Shown here piece after piece: positions 45,846 through 56,223 of a stretch of DNA of 56,223 nucleotides. This DNA is from Candidatus Magasanikiibacteriota bacterium. Lineage in GTDB: Bacteria > Patescibacteriota > Patescibacteriia > Magasanikbacterales > UBA922. The translations under genes were made by a program, and so were the position numbers. Position 1 is the stretch's first letter; each line of letters opens with the position of its first letter. The notes under the pieces are model-generated. The model searched no databases. It was given only the letters and a program-made list of their open reading frames with translations, and was not told the DNA's origin. Location of the stretch: the NCBI GenBank assembly GCA_003482855.1, contig DMXO01000004.1, forward strand, positions 1 to 56,223. Direction: 5' to 3'.

Positions 45846-47012
45846 ATGGCTGAACAAAAATTTGAGGATCTCCTAAAGGATTATTTTGCCAATATTCCAA
45901 AAGTTGGGGATCTAGTAAAAGGTAAAATAATCTCTATTGATAAAGGGGAAGTGCGTATTGATATCAATGGTATTATCATTGGTGTGGTGCGTGGAGAAGA
46001 ACTTTTTTCTGAATCAAAAGAATTTACACATATCAAAGCAGGTGATGAAGTCGAAGCCACTGTTGTGGAAGATGAGAATGAAAATGGTGAAATGGAGCTT
46101 TCATTCCGTGTTGCTGGCCACCGATTGGTATGGGAGCGCATGGCAAAGCATGTGAAGGACGGAGATGTCATCACCGCAAAGATATTGGCTGCAAATAAGG
46201 GTGGTCTCATGATTCAAGCAGACGCACTTGTTGGTTTCATGCCAGTATCTCAACTCAATCCGGACAATTATCCTCGCGTACAAGGTGGAGATAAAAATAG
46301 AATTTTTGAACACCTCAAGAAATTTGTAGGCAAGGCTATCCGTGTCAAAGTAATAAATGCTGACATGGATGAAGAGAAATTAATTTTCTCTGAAAAAGAA
46401 GTTTGGGAAGAGGAACAAAAGAATATTTTGGATGCATACAAAGTCGGAGATGCTATTGAAGGAGAAATCAGTGCGCTTACCCCATTTGGCGCATTTGTCA
46501 AATTTGGTGAAGGGCTTGAAGGTCTTTGCCATATTTCTGAAATCGTATGGCAACGCATTGATCATCCAAAAGATATTTTGAAGATTGGTGACCATGTCAA
46601 GGCTCAAATTATAGACCTCAATAAATCAAAGATTTACCTTTCTCTCAAACGTCTTATTGACGACCCATGGAAACATGTGAAGGAAAAATATAAAGTGGGA
46701 CAGGTAATTGCAGGTGAAATACATAAAGTAGAACCATTTGGTCTCATGATCAAACTTGATGAGGAAATTCATGGTCTTGCTCACATATCAGATCTTACTG
46801 ATAAACGTGTGAGTGACCCAAAAGTATTACTTTCAAAATTTGTGGTAGGAGAAAAACATAATTTTGAAATTATTTCCATGGAACCTGCAGAACATCGTCT
46901 CGGTTTGCGTCTCGAGGGCGTACAGGTGAAGCAGGAAGAACCAAAAGAAGAGGTAAAACAAGAAAAGCAAGAACCTGCAAAATCTGAGACAGCAGAAGAA
47001 AAAAGTGAGTAA
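45846..47012 (+). CDS. rpsA: 30S ribosomal protein S1 (four S1 domains)
   Basis: Repeated S1 motifs (NKGGL, FGAFV, GLCHISEI, GLAHISDL). Confidence 0.9.
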   Translation: MAEQKFEDLLKDYFANIPKVGDLVKGKIISIDKGEVRIDINGIIIGVVRGEELFSESKEFTHIKAGDEVEATVVEDENENGEMELSFRVAGHRLVWERMAKHVKDGDVITAKILAANKGGLMIQADALVGFMPVSQLNPDNYPRVQGGDKNRIFEHLKKFVGKAIRVKVINADMDEEKLIFSEKEVWEEEQKNILDAYKVGDAIEGEISALTPFGAFVKFGEGLEGLCHISEIVWQRIDHPKDILKIGDHVKAQIIDLNKSKIYLSLKRLIDDPWKHVKEKYKVGQVIAGEIHKVEPFGLMIKLDEEIHGLAHISDLTDKRVSDPKVLLSKFVVGEKHNFEIISMEPAEHRLGLRLEGVQVKQEEPKEEVKQEKQEPAKSETAEEKSE

Positions 47013-47043
47013 TTGCTTAGGATACATTAGCTCAATATACATC

Positions 47044-47071
47044 AATCCACCCCAAGTACTTGGGGTGGATT
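47044..47071 (+). terminator. Terminator after rpsA
   Basis: Perfect 28-nt palindrome AATCCACCCCAAGTACTTGGGGTGGATT. Confidence 0.75.
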
Positions 47072-47087
47072 TGTTATATAGAGAGGA

Positions 47088-47116
47088 TTGACAAATTCAT
47101 ATCAATTTCATATACT
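47088..47116 (+). promoter_or_regulatory. Sigma70 promoter of ftsH
   Basis: TTGACA-17-TATACT. Confidence 0.7.
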
Positions 47117-47151
47117 TCGGTATACTCTTGTATATCTAATGGTTTATTTTT

Positions 47152-49008
47152 ATGAAGAATTTGATAAAAAATTTTGTTCTCGTGTTTCTTGTGCTTTTAC
47201 TTGTCGCAGCTCTTTTGAGTTCGGCCAATTTGGGTAGTGAAAAACCAGAGCAGGTAGGTATCACACGTCTTGTTCAGGAGATCAATAACGAACAAGTACA
47301 GAGTATTGAAGTGCGAGGGGACACCCTGAGTATTAAGCTCAAAGATACTAATGCTAAATTACTTGAAGTACGCAAAGAGCTTGGACAATCATTTTCAGAG
47401 CTTATGGATAATTATGGTGTGGATGCTACCAAATTATCCCAGGTGGATGTGCAAGTAAAGGATGAGACAGGATGGAAGTTTTGGCTTAGTGTCATAGCAC
47501 CATGGATCATTCCACTTTTGTTATTTATTGCATTGATTTATTTTTTTTCTCGACAAGTACAAGGGGTCAATAATAAAGCGATGGGCTTTGGACAATCACA
47601 AGCAAAGCAAGCAAAGCCAGATGATAAAAATAAGAAGACATTGAAAGATGTCGCTGGGGCAAGAGAAGCCAAAAATGAAGTGCTTGAAATTGTAGATTTT
47701 CTCAAAGATCCCAAGAAATTTACTGACATGGGAGCAAAAATACCCAAAGGTTTGTTGCTCATGGGTCCTCCAGGTACTGGTAAAACATTACTTGCCAAGG
47801 CTATTGCAGGAGAAGCAGGTGTACCTTTTTTCCACATGAGTGGCTCTGAATTTGTAGAGATGTTTGTCGGAGTTGGCGCAAGTAGAGTGCGTGATTTATT
47901 CAACAAAGCCAAGAAAGCGGCCCCTGCCATCGTTTTTATTGATGAAATGGATGCTGTGGGACGCAAACGTGGTGCTGGTCTTGGAGGAAGTCATGATGAG
48001 CGCGAACAAACACTCAACCAAATTTTGGTTGAAATGGATGGATTTGATCCAAATCTTGGTGTCATTGTCATCGCTGCGACCAATAGGCCTGATGTACTTG
48101 ATTCAGCACTACTTCGTCCTGGTCGTTTTGATCGCCGTGTTGTCATAGATATGCCAGATATCAATGACAGAGAAGAGATCCTCGCTATTCATGCATCAGG
48201 CAAGCCATTTGCAAAAAATGTTTCTCTGCACAAAATAGCAGAGCGTACGCCAGGATTCTCTGGTGCTGATCTTGCCAATTTACTCAATGAAGCTGCAATA
48301 CTTGCCGTCCGTAGAAATAAAAAACAAATAGACGAAATAGAGGTTTTGGAAAGTATTGAAAAAGTAATGCTCGGACCGGAAAAGAGATCACGTGTGATGA
48401 CTGACGAGGAACGAGAGATGACAGCTTATCATGAGGCAGGGCATGCAGTAGTTGGTCATTTTCTCGAGAATTGTGACCCTGTTCGCAAAGTGTCTATCAT
48501 CGGGCGTGGTATGGCAGGTGGATATACACTTTCTATGCCAGAACGAGATGTGCATTATACAACACGGGTGAAATTTACTGATGACCTTGCTATGATTCTC
48601 GGGGGCTACGTTACTGAACGCATGATATATGGGGATGATCGATTATCTACTGGCCCTTCAAGTGACCTCAAGAAGGCTACACAAATGGCGCGTAATATGG
48701 TTCTTCGCTATGGTATGAGTGACAAGCTTGGCCCACGCCAATATGGTGAAAATGAAGAACTTATTTTTCTTGCTCAGGAAATACATGATAAGAAAAATTA
48801 TAGTGAGAAGACCGCAGAGCTTATTGATGCCGAGATAGACCGACTTTTGTTAGAAGCTAGGAAGCAATCCGAACATATTATCACCAAACATAGACATCAG
48901 ATGGATGAACTGGTGAAAGTGCTTCTTGAGAAAGAAACAGTGGAAGAAGATGTATTCAAAGAAATTATGGGTAAAGGTGTCGCACATGCCGAAGAAGTAA
49001 GCAAATAA
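47152..49008 (+). CDS. ftsH: ATP-dependent zinc metalloprotease FtsH
   Basis: Two TMs; [17 protein letters not shown] (ATNRPDVLD) and HEAGH motifs. Confidence 0.96.
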   Translation: MKNLIKNFVLVFLVLLLVAALLSSANLGSEKPEQVGITRLVQEINNEQVQSIEVRGDTLSIKLKDTNAKLLEVRKELGQSFSELMDNYGVDATKLSQVDVQVKDETGWKFWLSVIAPWIIPLLLFIALIYFFSRQVQGVNNKAMGFGQSQAKQAKPDDKNKKTLKDVAGAREAKNEVLEIVDFLKDPKKFTDMGAKIPKGLLLMGPPGTGKTLLAKAIAGEAGVPFFHMSGSEFVEMFVGVGASRVRDLFNKAKKAAPAIVFIDEMDAVGRKRGAGLGGSHDEREQTLNQILVEMDGFDPNLGVIVIAATNRPDVLDSALLRPGRFDRRVVIDMPDINDREEILAIHASGKPFAKNVSLHKIAERTPGFSGADLANLLNEAAILAVRRNKKQIDEIEVLESIEKVMLGPEKRSRVMTDEEREMTAYHEAGHAVVGHFLENCDPVRKVSIIGRGMAGGYTLSMPERDVHYTTRVKFTDDLAMILGGYVTERMIYGDDRLSTGPSSDLKKATQMARNMVLRYGMSDKLGPRQYGENEELIFLAQEIHDKKNYSEKTAELIDAEIDRLLLEARKQSEHIITKHRHQMDELVKVLLEKETVEEDVFKEIMGKGVAHAEEVSK

Positions 49009-49041
49009 ATATTGGGAAATTGTTACATTGTTAAATTATTG

Positions 49042-49062
49042 AACCCGCTAAGCGCGGGTTTT
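49042..49062 (+). terminator. Terminator after ftsH
   Basis: AACCCGC/GCGGGTT stem followed by T's. Confidence 0.6.
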
Positions 49063-49073
49063 CGTTAGAACAT

Positions 49074-50261
49074 ATGACTACTAAGTTGCCACAATTAATT
49101 CTCAAACCAGGCAAAGAAAAGCCGATAAAGAATTTTCATCATTGGATTTTTTCTGGTGCTATAAAACAATTTCCTAAAGAAGCAAAAGATGGTGATTTTG
49201 TAAGTGTGTATGGTTCAAACGGCGAATTGCTTGGTAGTGCCTATATAAATCGCAAAACATCAATTACCGCACGCATGGTGTCTTTTGATAATACTGAGCC
49301 TATAGATTCAATTGTCAGCCATATGGATAAGGCAATTGCAGTGAGAAATAATTTTTTTGATGATACACAGACAAATGCATTTCGTTTGATAAATAGCGAA
49401 GGAGATGGTATTCCTGGCTTAGTTGTAGACAAGTATGATGATGTGATTGTGGTACAGATAACAACACTCGGTATTGAAAAAATAAAAGCGGATATTGTAG
49501 ATTATTTGGTCAACAAATTAAAACCAATTTGTATTTACGAGCGGTCAGACATGCCCTCACGTAGAGAAGAAGGATTAAAAAATCAGGTTGGGCTGCTGTA
49601 TGGTGAAGGCGTAAAAGAAAAAGCGATAAAAGAATACGGGGCGTTGTTTAAGGTAGATTTTGTTGATTCACAAAAGACAGGGTTTTTTCTCGATCAGCGC
49701 GAAATGAGGCAGCAAGTAAAAAAATTGGCAAAAAATAAAAAAGTTTTAAACTGTTTTTCATATACTGGGGGATTTTCAGTTATGGCAGGGATTGGGGGCG
49801 CACAGAAAGTTGATTCAGTAGACATTTCAGATCCGGCGATTGAATTAGCCAAGGAAAATTTTTGTTTAAATGATCTTGATATCAAACATAACTCTTTTAT
49901 TGTTGAGGATGTTTTCGAATTTTTGCGCAAAGATTCTGTAAAAAATATATACGATTTTATTATTCTTGACCCGCCAGCATTTGCAAAAAAAAGAGGAGAT
50001 ATTGTGAAGGCTTGCAGAGGATACAAAGATATCAATCGTCTCGCATTACAAAACATTCAGTCATCTGGAATTCTTATTACCTCATCGTGTTCGTATTATG
50101 TGGATGAGAAGTTGTTTCAGCAAGTTGTATTTGAGGCCGCGGTAGAAGCAAAACGGTCTGTTCGTATTATTGACAAACATCATTACGCGCCTGATCATCC
50201 AATAAATATTTTTCATCCGGAAGGAAATTATTTGAAGAGTTTGGTGTTGTGGGTGGAATGA
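49074..50261 (+). CDS. rlmI: RlmI-family class I SAM-dependent RNA methyltransferase with PUA domain
   Basis: HHWIFSG, NSEGDGIPGLVVD, QKTGFFLDQ, LNCFSYTGGF and LDPPAF motifs. Confidence 0.8.
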   Translation: MTTKLPQLILKPGKEKPIKNFHHWIFSGAIKQFPKEAKDGDFVSVYGSNGELLGSAYINRKTSITARMVSFDNTEPIDSIVSHMDKAIAVRNNFFDDTQTNAFRLINSEGDGIPGLVVDKYDDVIVVQITTLGIEKIKADIVDYLVNKLKPICIYERSDMPSRREEGLKNQVGLLYGEGVKEKAIKEYGALFKVDFVDSQKTGFFLDQREMRQQVKKLAKNKKVLNCFSYTGGFSVMAGIGGAQKVDSVDISDPAIELAKENFCLNDLDIKHNSFIVEDVFEFLRKDSVKNIYDFIILDPPAFAKKRGDIVKACRGYKDINRLALQNIQSSGILITSSCSYYVDEKLFQQVVFEAAVEAKRSVRIIDKHHYAPDHPINIFHPEGNYLKSLVLWVE

Positions 50262-50344
50262 ACGAATGGGATATTGGATATTGAATATTAAGATATTTTT
50301 AAACAAAAAATCCGCTGGTAAGGTGGATTTTAATTACAATTTTT

Positions 50345-51064
50345 TTAATCAAACTCTCCTACAAATACCTTTTTCATCGCGTCACTTTTTTTGAGGTTGC
50401 AACACAAATCATGCGCGATAACTCCGCCTTGAACGAGGATATATCCTTCATCAGCTATGTCCATTATACTTTTGAGATTGTGTTCAACTACGAGAATCGT
50501 AGTACCAAAGTTGTCGCGTATATTTTTGATATGCTGAAACATTTCTTTGACAAGCTTTGGTGACAGTCCCAAAGATGGTTCATCCATAAGCAAAAGTTTG
50601 GGAGAGCTCATGAGTGCACGTCCGATTGCGAGCATCTGCTGTTGTCCACCAGACAAGCTAAATGCATATTCTTTTTGTTTTTCTTTGAGTATAGGGAATT
50701 GTGTGTATATCTCTTCAAGTTTTTTTTCTACAGTATTCGCATCTTTGATCCGGTGGATACCCATGAGTAGATTGTCTCTCACTGAAAGAATTCCAAAATT
50801 GATTTTTCCCTGTGGTACGTATGAGATTCCTTTTCCTATAAGTTTGTAAGCAGGGAGTTTGGTGATATTTTCGTGTTCAAAATAAATATTTCCTGATGTA
50901 ATTTTTGTAATGTTAAATATTGATTTGAGAAGTGTAGACTTGCCTGCACCGTTTGGCCCCATGAGGACAGACATCTTTCCTTTTTCCAATTCAAAATTGA
51001 TGTCTGTCAAGACTTTGAGTTCTCCATAGCCGGCATGTAGGTTTTTGATTTCGAGTAATGGCAT
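50345..51064 (-). CDS. livF: Branched-chain amino acid ABC transporter ATPase
   Basis: GPNGAGKST, LSGGQQQM and MDEPSLGLSP motifs. Confidence 0.9.
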   Translation of the reverse strand: MPLLEIKNLHAGYGELKVLTDINFELEKGKMSVLMGPNGAGKSTLLKSIFNITKITSGNIYFEHENITKLPAYKLIGKGISYVPQGKINFGILSVRDNLLMGIHRIKDANTVEKKLEEIYTQFPILKEKQKEYAFSLSGGQQQMLAIGRALMSSPKLLLMDEPSLGLSPKLVKEMFQHIKNIRDNFGTTILVVEHNLKSIMDIADEGYILVQGGVIAHDLCCNLKKSDAMKKVFVGEFD

Positions 51065-51065
51065 A

Positions 51066-51812
51066 TTATTCTCCGAGATACGCTTCCAAAACTTTTGGAT
51101 TTTTTAATACTTCATTTGGTGCTCCTTCACAAATGACGATACCTGCATCAAGTGCAATTACATGGTCGGCAAGTCTATGTACGAGTTCTATGTCATGATC
51201 TATGAGTAAAATAGTTTCATTTTTTTCTTTGAGTTTGAGCAAGAGGTTTTCGATTTCAGTTTGGATTACTTTGTTGACCCCTGCGACTGGTTCATCGAGC
51301 ATAAGGAGTTTGTGTGGTTTTTGGAGAGCCATAGCGATCTGGAGGAGTTTTCGTTGCCCGAAACTTAGATCATTGATATGTGTCTCAAGTGTTTGCTTGA
51401 TGCCAAAGTCTTCCAATACTTGTTCGTATGTTTCTTGTTTCACTCGTTTCACTTTTTTCTTTCGGAAAATATTTTTTATGAGATTCATGTCCCCATTATT
51501 TTCCACCATACTTAGATGGTCGCCAATAGTCAGATTTTTGAAAAGTCGTACTTGTTGGAATGTTCTGCTAATTCCCAGATTTGCAATGATATGGGGTTCT
51601 TTGTCGGTAATGTCTTCTCCTTCATATAGCACACGACCTTCATCAGGCCGAGTAAATCCTGCGATAATATCAAAGAGTGTTGTCTTGCCTGCGCCATTTG
51701 GTCCAATGAGCGCGGTGATTTTATTTTTTTCAATTATAAAATTTGAGCCTTTGATTGCTTCTACACCGCCAAATGATTTTTTTATTCCTTGTATCTCAAG
51801 CATATTAGTCAA
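51066..51812 (-). CDS. livG: Branched-chain amino acid ABC transporter ATPase
   Basis: GPNGAGKTT, SRTFQ, LSFGQRK, LDEPVAG and LEAYLG motifs. Confidence 0.9.
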   Translation of the reverse strand: MTNMLEIQGIKKSFGGVEAIKGSNFIIEKNKITALIGPNGAGKTTLFDIIAGFTRPDEGRVLYEGEDITDKEPHIIANLGISRTFQQVRLFKNLTIGDHLSMVENNGDMNLIKNIFRKKKVKRVKQETYEQVLEDFGIKQTLETHINDLSFGQRKLLQIAMALQKPHKLLMLDEPVAGVNKVIQTEIENLLLKLKEKNETILLIDHDIELVHRLADHVIALDAGIVICEGAPNEVLKNPKVLEAYLGE

Positions 51813-52677
51813 GGTCTATACGACCAAAAATTCCTCGTGGTCTAAACATGAGAATCAAAATGAGAATAACTGCGTATATCATTTGTCGCATCGGCCCTAT
51901 CATACTTGAGGGTATGTCAATGAAACGCAGTAACTCAGGTAGTGCAATGATAATAATTGCTGCGATAATGCTTCCACGCAGAGACGCAAGTCCTCCGACA
52001 ATCACGATCGTAAAAATAATAATAATGTCAGACAAAAAGAAAGTAGATGGATCAATATAGCTAATATAGTGAGCATAGAGACTACCCGCAATTCCTGCAA
52101 AAAAAGCAGAGATCATCATACTTTGCACTTTGAGGTGATAGATATTTTTTCCGAGAGCCTGTGCACCTATGGCGTCATCTCGTACTGCTTCGAGAAGTTT
52201 CCCATAGCGTGAATGCACTATCCGATAAATAATGAGAACAATAAATAGGGCAATTACAGAGGCAAAGATAAGATAACTTCCTGCGCCGGTGATCTGCCAT
52301 CCGAAGATATTTGGTTTTTGTATACCCGGAATGCCCAGAGGACCTCTAGTTAATTTCGTCCAATTGAGCATAACCGCATATACAACAAAACCAAATCCGA
52401 GTGTTGCAAGGGCAAGGTAGTCTCCTTTTAGTTTTGCAGTGATTTTTGCGAGTAACCAGCCAAATAGCGATGCCATGATGCCTGATGCGCACAGAGCTAG
52501 TGTATAGGGTACATCATTTTTGGTGAGGATCGCTGACGCGTATGCGCCAATGCCAAAAAATGCAATATGACCTAAGTTTAATAGGCCTGTGTAACCAACA
52601 GCCACATTCAAACTCACCGCAAGTATGGCGTATATGACGATGATGATGGCGATGTGGATTAGGTAAGCGCTTAACAT
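51805..52677 (-). CDS. livM: Branched-chain amino acid ABC transporter permease
   Basis: GYTGLLNLGH, GDYLALATLGF and LTRGPLG motifs. Confidence 0.9.
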   Translation of the reverse strand: MLSAYLIHIAIIIVIYAILAVSLNVAVGYTGLLNLGHIAFFGIGAYASAILTKNDVPYTLALCASGIMASLFGWLLAKITAKLKGDYLALATLGFGFVVYAVMLNWTKLTRGPLGIPGIQKPNIFGWQITGAGSYLIFASVIALFIVLIIYRIVHSRYGKLLEAVRDDAIGAQALGKNIYHLKVQSMMISAFFAGIAGSLYAHYISYIDPSTFFLSDIIIIFTIVIVGGLASLRGSIIAAIIIIALPELLRFIDIPSSMIGPMRQMIYAVILILILMFRPRGIFGRIDLD

Positions 52678-52760
52678 ATTCAGTTCATAGATAATAGTTT
52701 ATAGCCAATAGTATTTTGCCAAAAGTCACTATGAACTGTTGATTATTGGCTATGAACTAT

Positions 52761-53636
52761 TTATTCACGTGCTCCTTTATTTATTCCAAATATTCCCTGT
52801 GGTCGTACAAGCAAAAATGCGAGGAGGAGTACAAATGCAATTGCGCTTTTGTATCCAGACGGCAACCACCAAATACCAAAATTTTCTACAAGTCCCAAGA
52901 CATATGCGCCAACGATAGATCCAGGCAATGAGGTGACGCCTCCAATAACTGCCGCGGTAAACCCTTGGATCATCAGATGCGTGCCCATGCTTGGTTCAAT
53001 GTTGTGTTCAAGCGCTATGAGGATACCGGCGAGCCCTGCGATTGCAGAACCGATAACAAAACTCCAGTGTTGAATTCGTACACTATTGATGCCAGTTGTT
53101 TTTGCAAGTTCTGGATTGTCTGCCACTGCGCGCATAATTTTGCCAAGCCTTGAGTATTTCGAGAATGTCCATAGGCCGACAAAAAGGATGAGTACGATAA
53201 TCAAAATGGCAATTTGGATAGGGGTGATGTACGCCCCCAAAAATTCAATACCTCTGCCATGGGGGAAGATAGAAAGAATTTTTACATTAGCTCCAAATAA
53301 CAACTGCATAAGATTGTCACAAAAAATCATGATGCCAATGCTTGCGATAAGCAGTATAACGCTTGATGTTTTGCGTTTTTTGAGCGGAAGATATATGACG
53401 AGATGTATGAGAAAACCAAACAATGCGGCGACAAAAATGGTGAGAGGAAACGTAATGTATATAGGTATTCCAAGTCCTGAAAATGTCCAATACAAAAAGT
53501 ATGCAGCAACTGTCGCTGTTGATCCATGCGCGAAATGCACAAATTTGTTGGTTGTGTAGATAATCGAAAAGCCGGATGAAATAAGCGCATATATTGATCC
53601 AGCAATGAGACCATTTATGAGGAGTTGGAGAAACAT
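52761..53636 (-). CDS. livH: Branched-chain amino acid ABC transporter permease
   Basis: NGLIAGSIYAL, HFAHG and LLVRPQG motifs. Confidence 0.9.
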   Translation of the reverse strand: MFLQLLINGLIAGSIYALISSGFSIIYTTNKFVHFAHGSTATVAAYFLYWTFSGLGIPIYITFPLTIFVAALFGFLIHLVIYLPLKKRKTSSVILLIASIGIMIFCDNLMQLLFGANVKILSIFPHGRGIEFLGAYITPIQIAILIIVLILFVGLWTFSKYSRLGKIMRAVADNPELAKTTGINSVRIQHWSFVIGSAIAGLAGILIALEHNIEPSMGTHLMIQGFTAAVIGGVTSLPGSIVGAYVLGLVENFGIWWLPSGYKSAIAFVLLLAFLLVRPQGIFGINKGARE

Positions 53637-53760
53637 TTTTTTAAAAACTTAGAATCTCTACGAGGCTGTGAACTATATTTGATTATATTTTAGCACAAAA
53701 ATGATATTTTTCAAATAAAATCACCCCTAGTTAGAGGGATGATTTTTTGTTTGCTATGGC

Positions 53761-54921
53761 TTATTGAGCACTGTATTTTTCTGACTTATTGTTTTTGATT
53801 ACCATGATTTCATAATTTGCCGTAGCTAGATCGCCATTTTTGTCAAAAGTAATTTCTCCAGAAACACCTTGGTAATTTTTAACATTATATAATTCGTTTT
53901 TTATCATTTCTTTATCTGTGCCGACCTTTTTTATAGTTTCTAAGAGAATTTTTGTAGCATCATACGCATGTGTTGTGTATATAGGTACGTCGGTTCTCTT
54001 TGTGGCAGCCATAAATTTATTATTGAAACTTTCATTTTCTGGGGATACAGGGGCTGTGTACATAGTATCGTGTGTTCCTTCAGCAGCTACTATTTTTGGA
54101 TCAGCATAACCTTCAGGACCTATGATAGAAATTGAGAGACCTAGCTCTTTCATCTGTTTGAAGCCAACAACAGCTGCCTCAGTATATGTCGGAAAATAAA
54201 GTGCCTCAGCCTCTGAGTTTTTAACTTTGGTCAATTGGGTTTTTAAATCACGATCTGTTTGAAGAAATGTATCAGTTAAAACAACCTCGCCGCCTAGTTT
54301 TTTGTATTCATCTATGAATACTTGTGCGATACCTTCTGTATAATCGGTCTTCGCATAAAGTACTGCAACTTTTTTCTTCCCGAGTGTTGAATATACAAAA
54401 TTTGCAGCATATTTTCCTTGGTAACTGTCTGATGGTACTACGCGAAATATATAATCCCCTGCTGTTGTAAGAGAAGGGGCAGTAGAACCATAGGCAACCA
54501 TAACTACTTTATTTTCTTCGGCTACTGTTGTATTGGCGAGTGTTTCTCCCGAACATAGCCCTCCCACGATTGCAGTTACCTTTTCAACATTTATCAACTT
54601 GTTACCAGCGTTGCTTGCTGTTTTTGAGTCACATGCACCATCTTCATATACTACTTCAACTTTTCTTCCATTTATACCACCTGCGTCATTAATTTCTTTT
54701 ACTGCAAGCTCTGTACCCTCTCTATTTGCTGTTCCTACAGAAGATACATCACCAGTCAAAGGACCAAGCCAACCTAATTTAATAGGACTTGTATCCTTTA
54801 CAGCAGGTGTTTCAGTGGCACCTGACGTATTGGTCGTTGGCGCATCTGTGCGTGAGCATCCTCCCCCTATGAGCAGGAACAATGCAAGTCCTGCAATCAT
54901 GATACCTAATTTTTTAGGCAT
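53761..54921 (-). CDS. livK: Branched-chain amino acid ABC substrate-binding lipoprotein
   Basis: Lipobox-like GGGC; IKLGWLGPLTG, GGLCSG and FRVVPSD motifs. Confidence 0.85.
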   Translation of the reverse strand: MPKKLGIMIAGLALFLLIGGGCSRTDAPTTNTSGATETPAVKDTSPIKLGWLGPLTGDVSSVGTANREGTELAVKEINDAGGINGRKVEVVYEDGACDSKTASNAGNKLINVEKVTAIVGGLCSGETLANTTVAEENKVVMVAYGSTAPSLTTAGDYIFRVVPSDSYQGKYAANFVYSTLGKKKVAVLYAKTDYTEGIAQVFIDEYKKLGGEVVLTDTFLQTDRDLKTQLTKVKNSEAEALYFPTYTEAAVVGFKQMKELGLSISIIGPEGYADPKIVAAEGTHDTMYTAPVSPENESFNNKFMAATKRTDVPIYTTHAYDATKILLETIKKVGTDKEMIKNELYNVKNYQGVSGEITFDKNGDLATANYEIMVIKNNKSEKYSAQ

Positions 54922-55159
54922 AGTTTTTAATTTAATAAATTAAACACCCTTATATAGTAGGTGAAACTAGATTAAATGTAAATACTCTCGTTCGTTTGTA
55001 TACATAAACAGGTTTAGTTTACTAGTTTTTGTATTATTGACAAGCGTAGTTATCAACAGTTTTTATATTTTTTGGCTAAATTTAAATAATTTTATTAATA
55101 TCTTATATTTTTGTCGGAGTAGTTTGACATTTTTAGTTTTTGTATTATACTATGCTTAT

Positions 55160-55972
55160 ATGCATGTGAAATTAATCAAACATTTGGTCGATCTAGGATT
55201 TCAGGAGAATGAGTCAAGAATATATCTCGCGATTCTTGAGCTTGGCAGTGGTACTGTAACTGACATTAGCAAAGTCGCAGGACTCAATAGAACAACGGGT
55301 TATGATATTTTGGAACGTTTGTGTCTTTATGGCATGGTACATCGTAGTGTGACTGGGAAGAAACGTATATATGCAGCAGAACCGCTATCTCGTCTCGGTC
55401 ATTTTTTGGAAAATAAAAAGAAACAAGCAGAGCGTCGGCTTGAAGATTTGAAACATGTGTTGCCTGATTTACAGTCAGTCCATAAGACTGAACTAAAGCC
55501 AGTTATAAAATTTGCCGAAGGGACCGATGCAATGCAGAATCTTTATTTGAATATACTTGATGCAAAAAGCACTATCTATTCTATTTTAAATTTGAAGAAT
55601 TATGCTGAGACGTTTCATGAATTTGGTGATTATCAGTTGGCTGAGAGGATGAAACGTGGTATAAAACAAAAATGTCTGACTATAGACACTGACATGTCGA
55701 GATGGTGGTATGACAAAACATACAAAGGTAATAAAAAAAGAGAAGAAAACACCCAGTATCGGTGGTTGCCGTGGGATGGAAGATATTCGACCGGAGGCGA
55801 GATAATGATTTTCGATGACAAAGTGATTGGTATGCTTTCGCGCGCAAGTGAAAACGTCGCGTTTGAGATTACCAGCCAGACAGTTTCAGATTTTTTGAAA
55901 ATTATTTTTGAAATGGCGTGGGAAAAGACAGGAGAGACTAAGATTGAGACCAAAATTAAGAAAAAGAATTAG
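55160..55972 (+). CDS. TrmB-family HTH transcriptional regulator
   Basis: LGFQENESRIYLAILELG...ISKVAGLNRTTGY HTH; IMIFDDKV C-terminal domain; divergent from livK. Confidence 0.85.
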   Translation: MHVKLIKHLVDLGFQENESRIYLAILELGSGTVTDISKVAGLNRTTGYDILERLCLYGMVHRSVTGKKRIYAAEPLSRLGHFLENKKKQAERRLEDLKHVLPDLQSVHKTELKPVIKFAEGTDAMQNLYLNILDAKSTIYSILNLKNYAETFHEFGDYQLAERMKRGIKQKCLTIDTDMSRWWYDKTYKGNKKREENTQYRWLPWDGRYSTGGEIMIFDDKVIGMLSRASENVAFEITSQTVSDFLKIIFEMAWEKTGETKIETKIKKKN

Positions 55973-56002
55973 ATATTATGATATTGGGATATTAAAATAT
56001 TA

Positions 56003-56034
56003 AAAAACCGTTCGAGATAATTCGAACGGTTTTA
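56003..56034. terminator. Bidirectional terminator
   Basis: AAAAACCGTTCGA / TCGAACGGTTTTT inverted repeat. Confidence 0.75.
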
Positions 56035-56047
56035 GTATATAAAGAAT

Positions 56048-56223
56048 TTATCTTGCATCTACAATTGCGTCGTTCATAAATTCTTTTATCTCGTAATTGG
56101 CGCTACTCATATCGCCGTTTGTATCAAACGAATAGGTATCAGCAATACCTTTGTAGTTTTGGATTTTGTAGAGTTCTTGCTTTATTTTTTCTGTATCAGT
56201 GCCCACTTTGTCTATGACAAATC
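56048..56223 (-). CDS. C-terminal part of a second LivK-like binding protein (runs off the window)
   Basis: Manual translation ...IDKVGTDTEKIKQELYKIQNYKGIADTYSFDTNGDMSSANYEI...* aligns to the C-terminus of 53761-54921 (KKVGTDKEMIKNELYNVKNYQG...FDKNGDLATANYEI). Confidence 0.8.
   Translation of the reverse strand, partial: FVIDKVGTDTEKIKQELYKIQNYKGIADTYSFDTNGDMSSANYEIKEFMNDAIVDAR

Noticed and set aside
1-56223. Alternative genetic code (UGA read as Gly, as in Gracilibacteria/Absconditabacteria)
   Set aside because: Conserved genes are full length under code 11, and several end at TGA, including ATGA-coupled pairs.

Overview
Low-GC bacterial chromosomal segment using standard code 11. Gene content and style (tandem VirB2/TrbC-like pilins, AT-rich leaders mostly without Shine-Dalgarno motifs, GT-C glycosyltransferases, TrmB regulators) point to a CPR/Patescibacteria (Parcubacteria-like) genome; this is an inference. 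In order, the window holds: ten pilin paralogs; GT2 and CAP genes; tRNA-His; an SPFH gene; tRNA-Arg(UCU) plus an interrupted near-duplicate; a Xer-family recombinase; several housekeeping and hypothetical genes; two ATP-grasp ligases; pfkB; two membrane glycosyltransferases; a non-coding array of 12 covarying pseudoknot-like units (20857-21268) with its own promoter; a TrmB regulator; trxB, rpe and rpiB; a small high-GC PadR-like insertion; a T-box riboswitch with an ultrashort stem I ahead of ileS; a cluster of two double-ATP-grasp ligases, a MurL-like protein, a KamA radical SAM enzyme and a SET methyltransferase; pepA, U32, ruvA, gyrA, rpsA, ftsH and rlmI-like genes; and a liv ABC transporter with a second TrmB regulator. 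The best candidates for undescribed systems are the tandem pseudoknot RNA array and the ATP-grasp/aminomutase/SET cluster. All calls come from reading the sequence; no searches were run.
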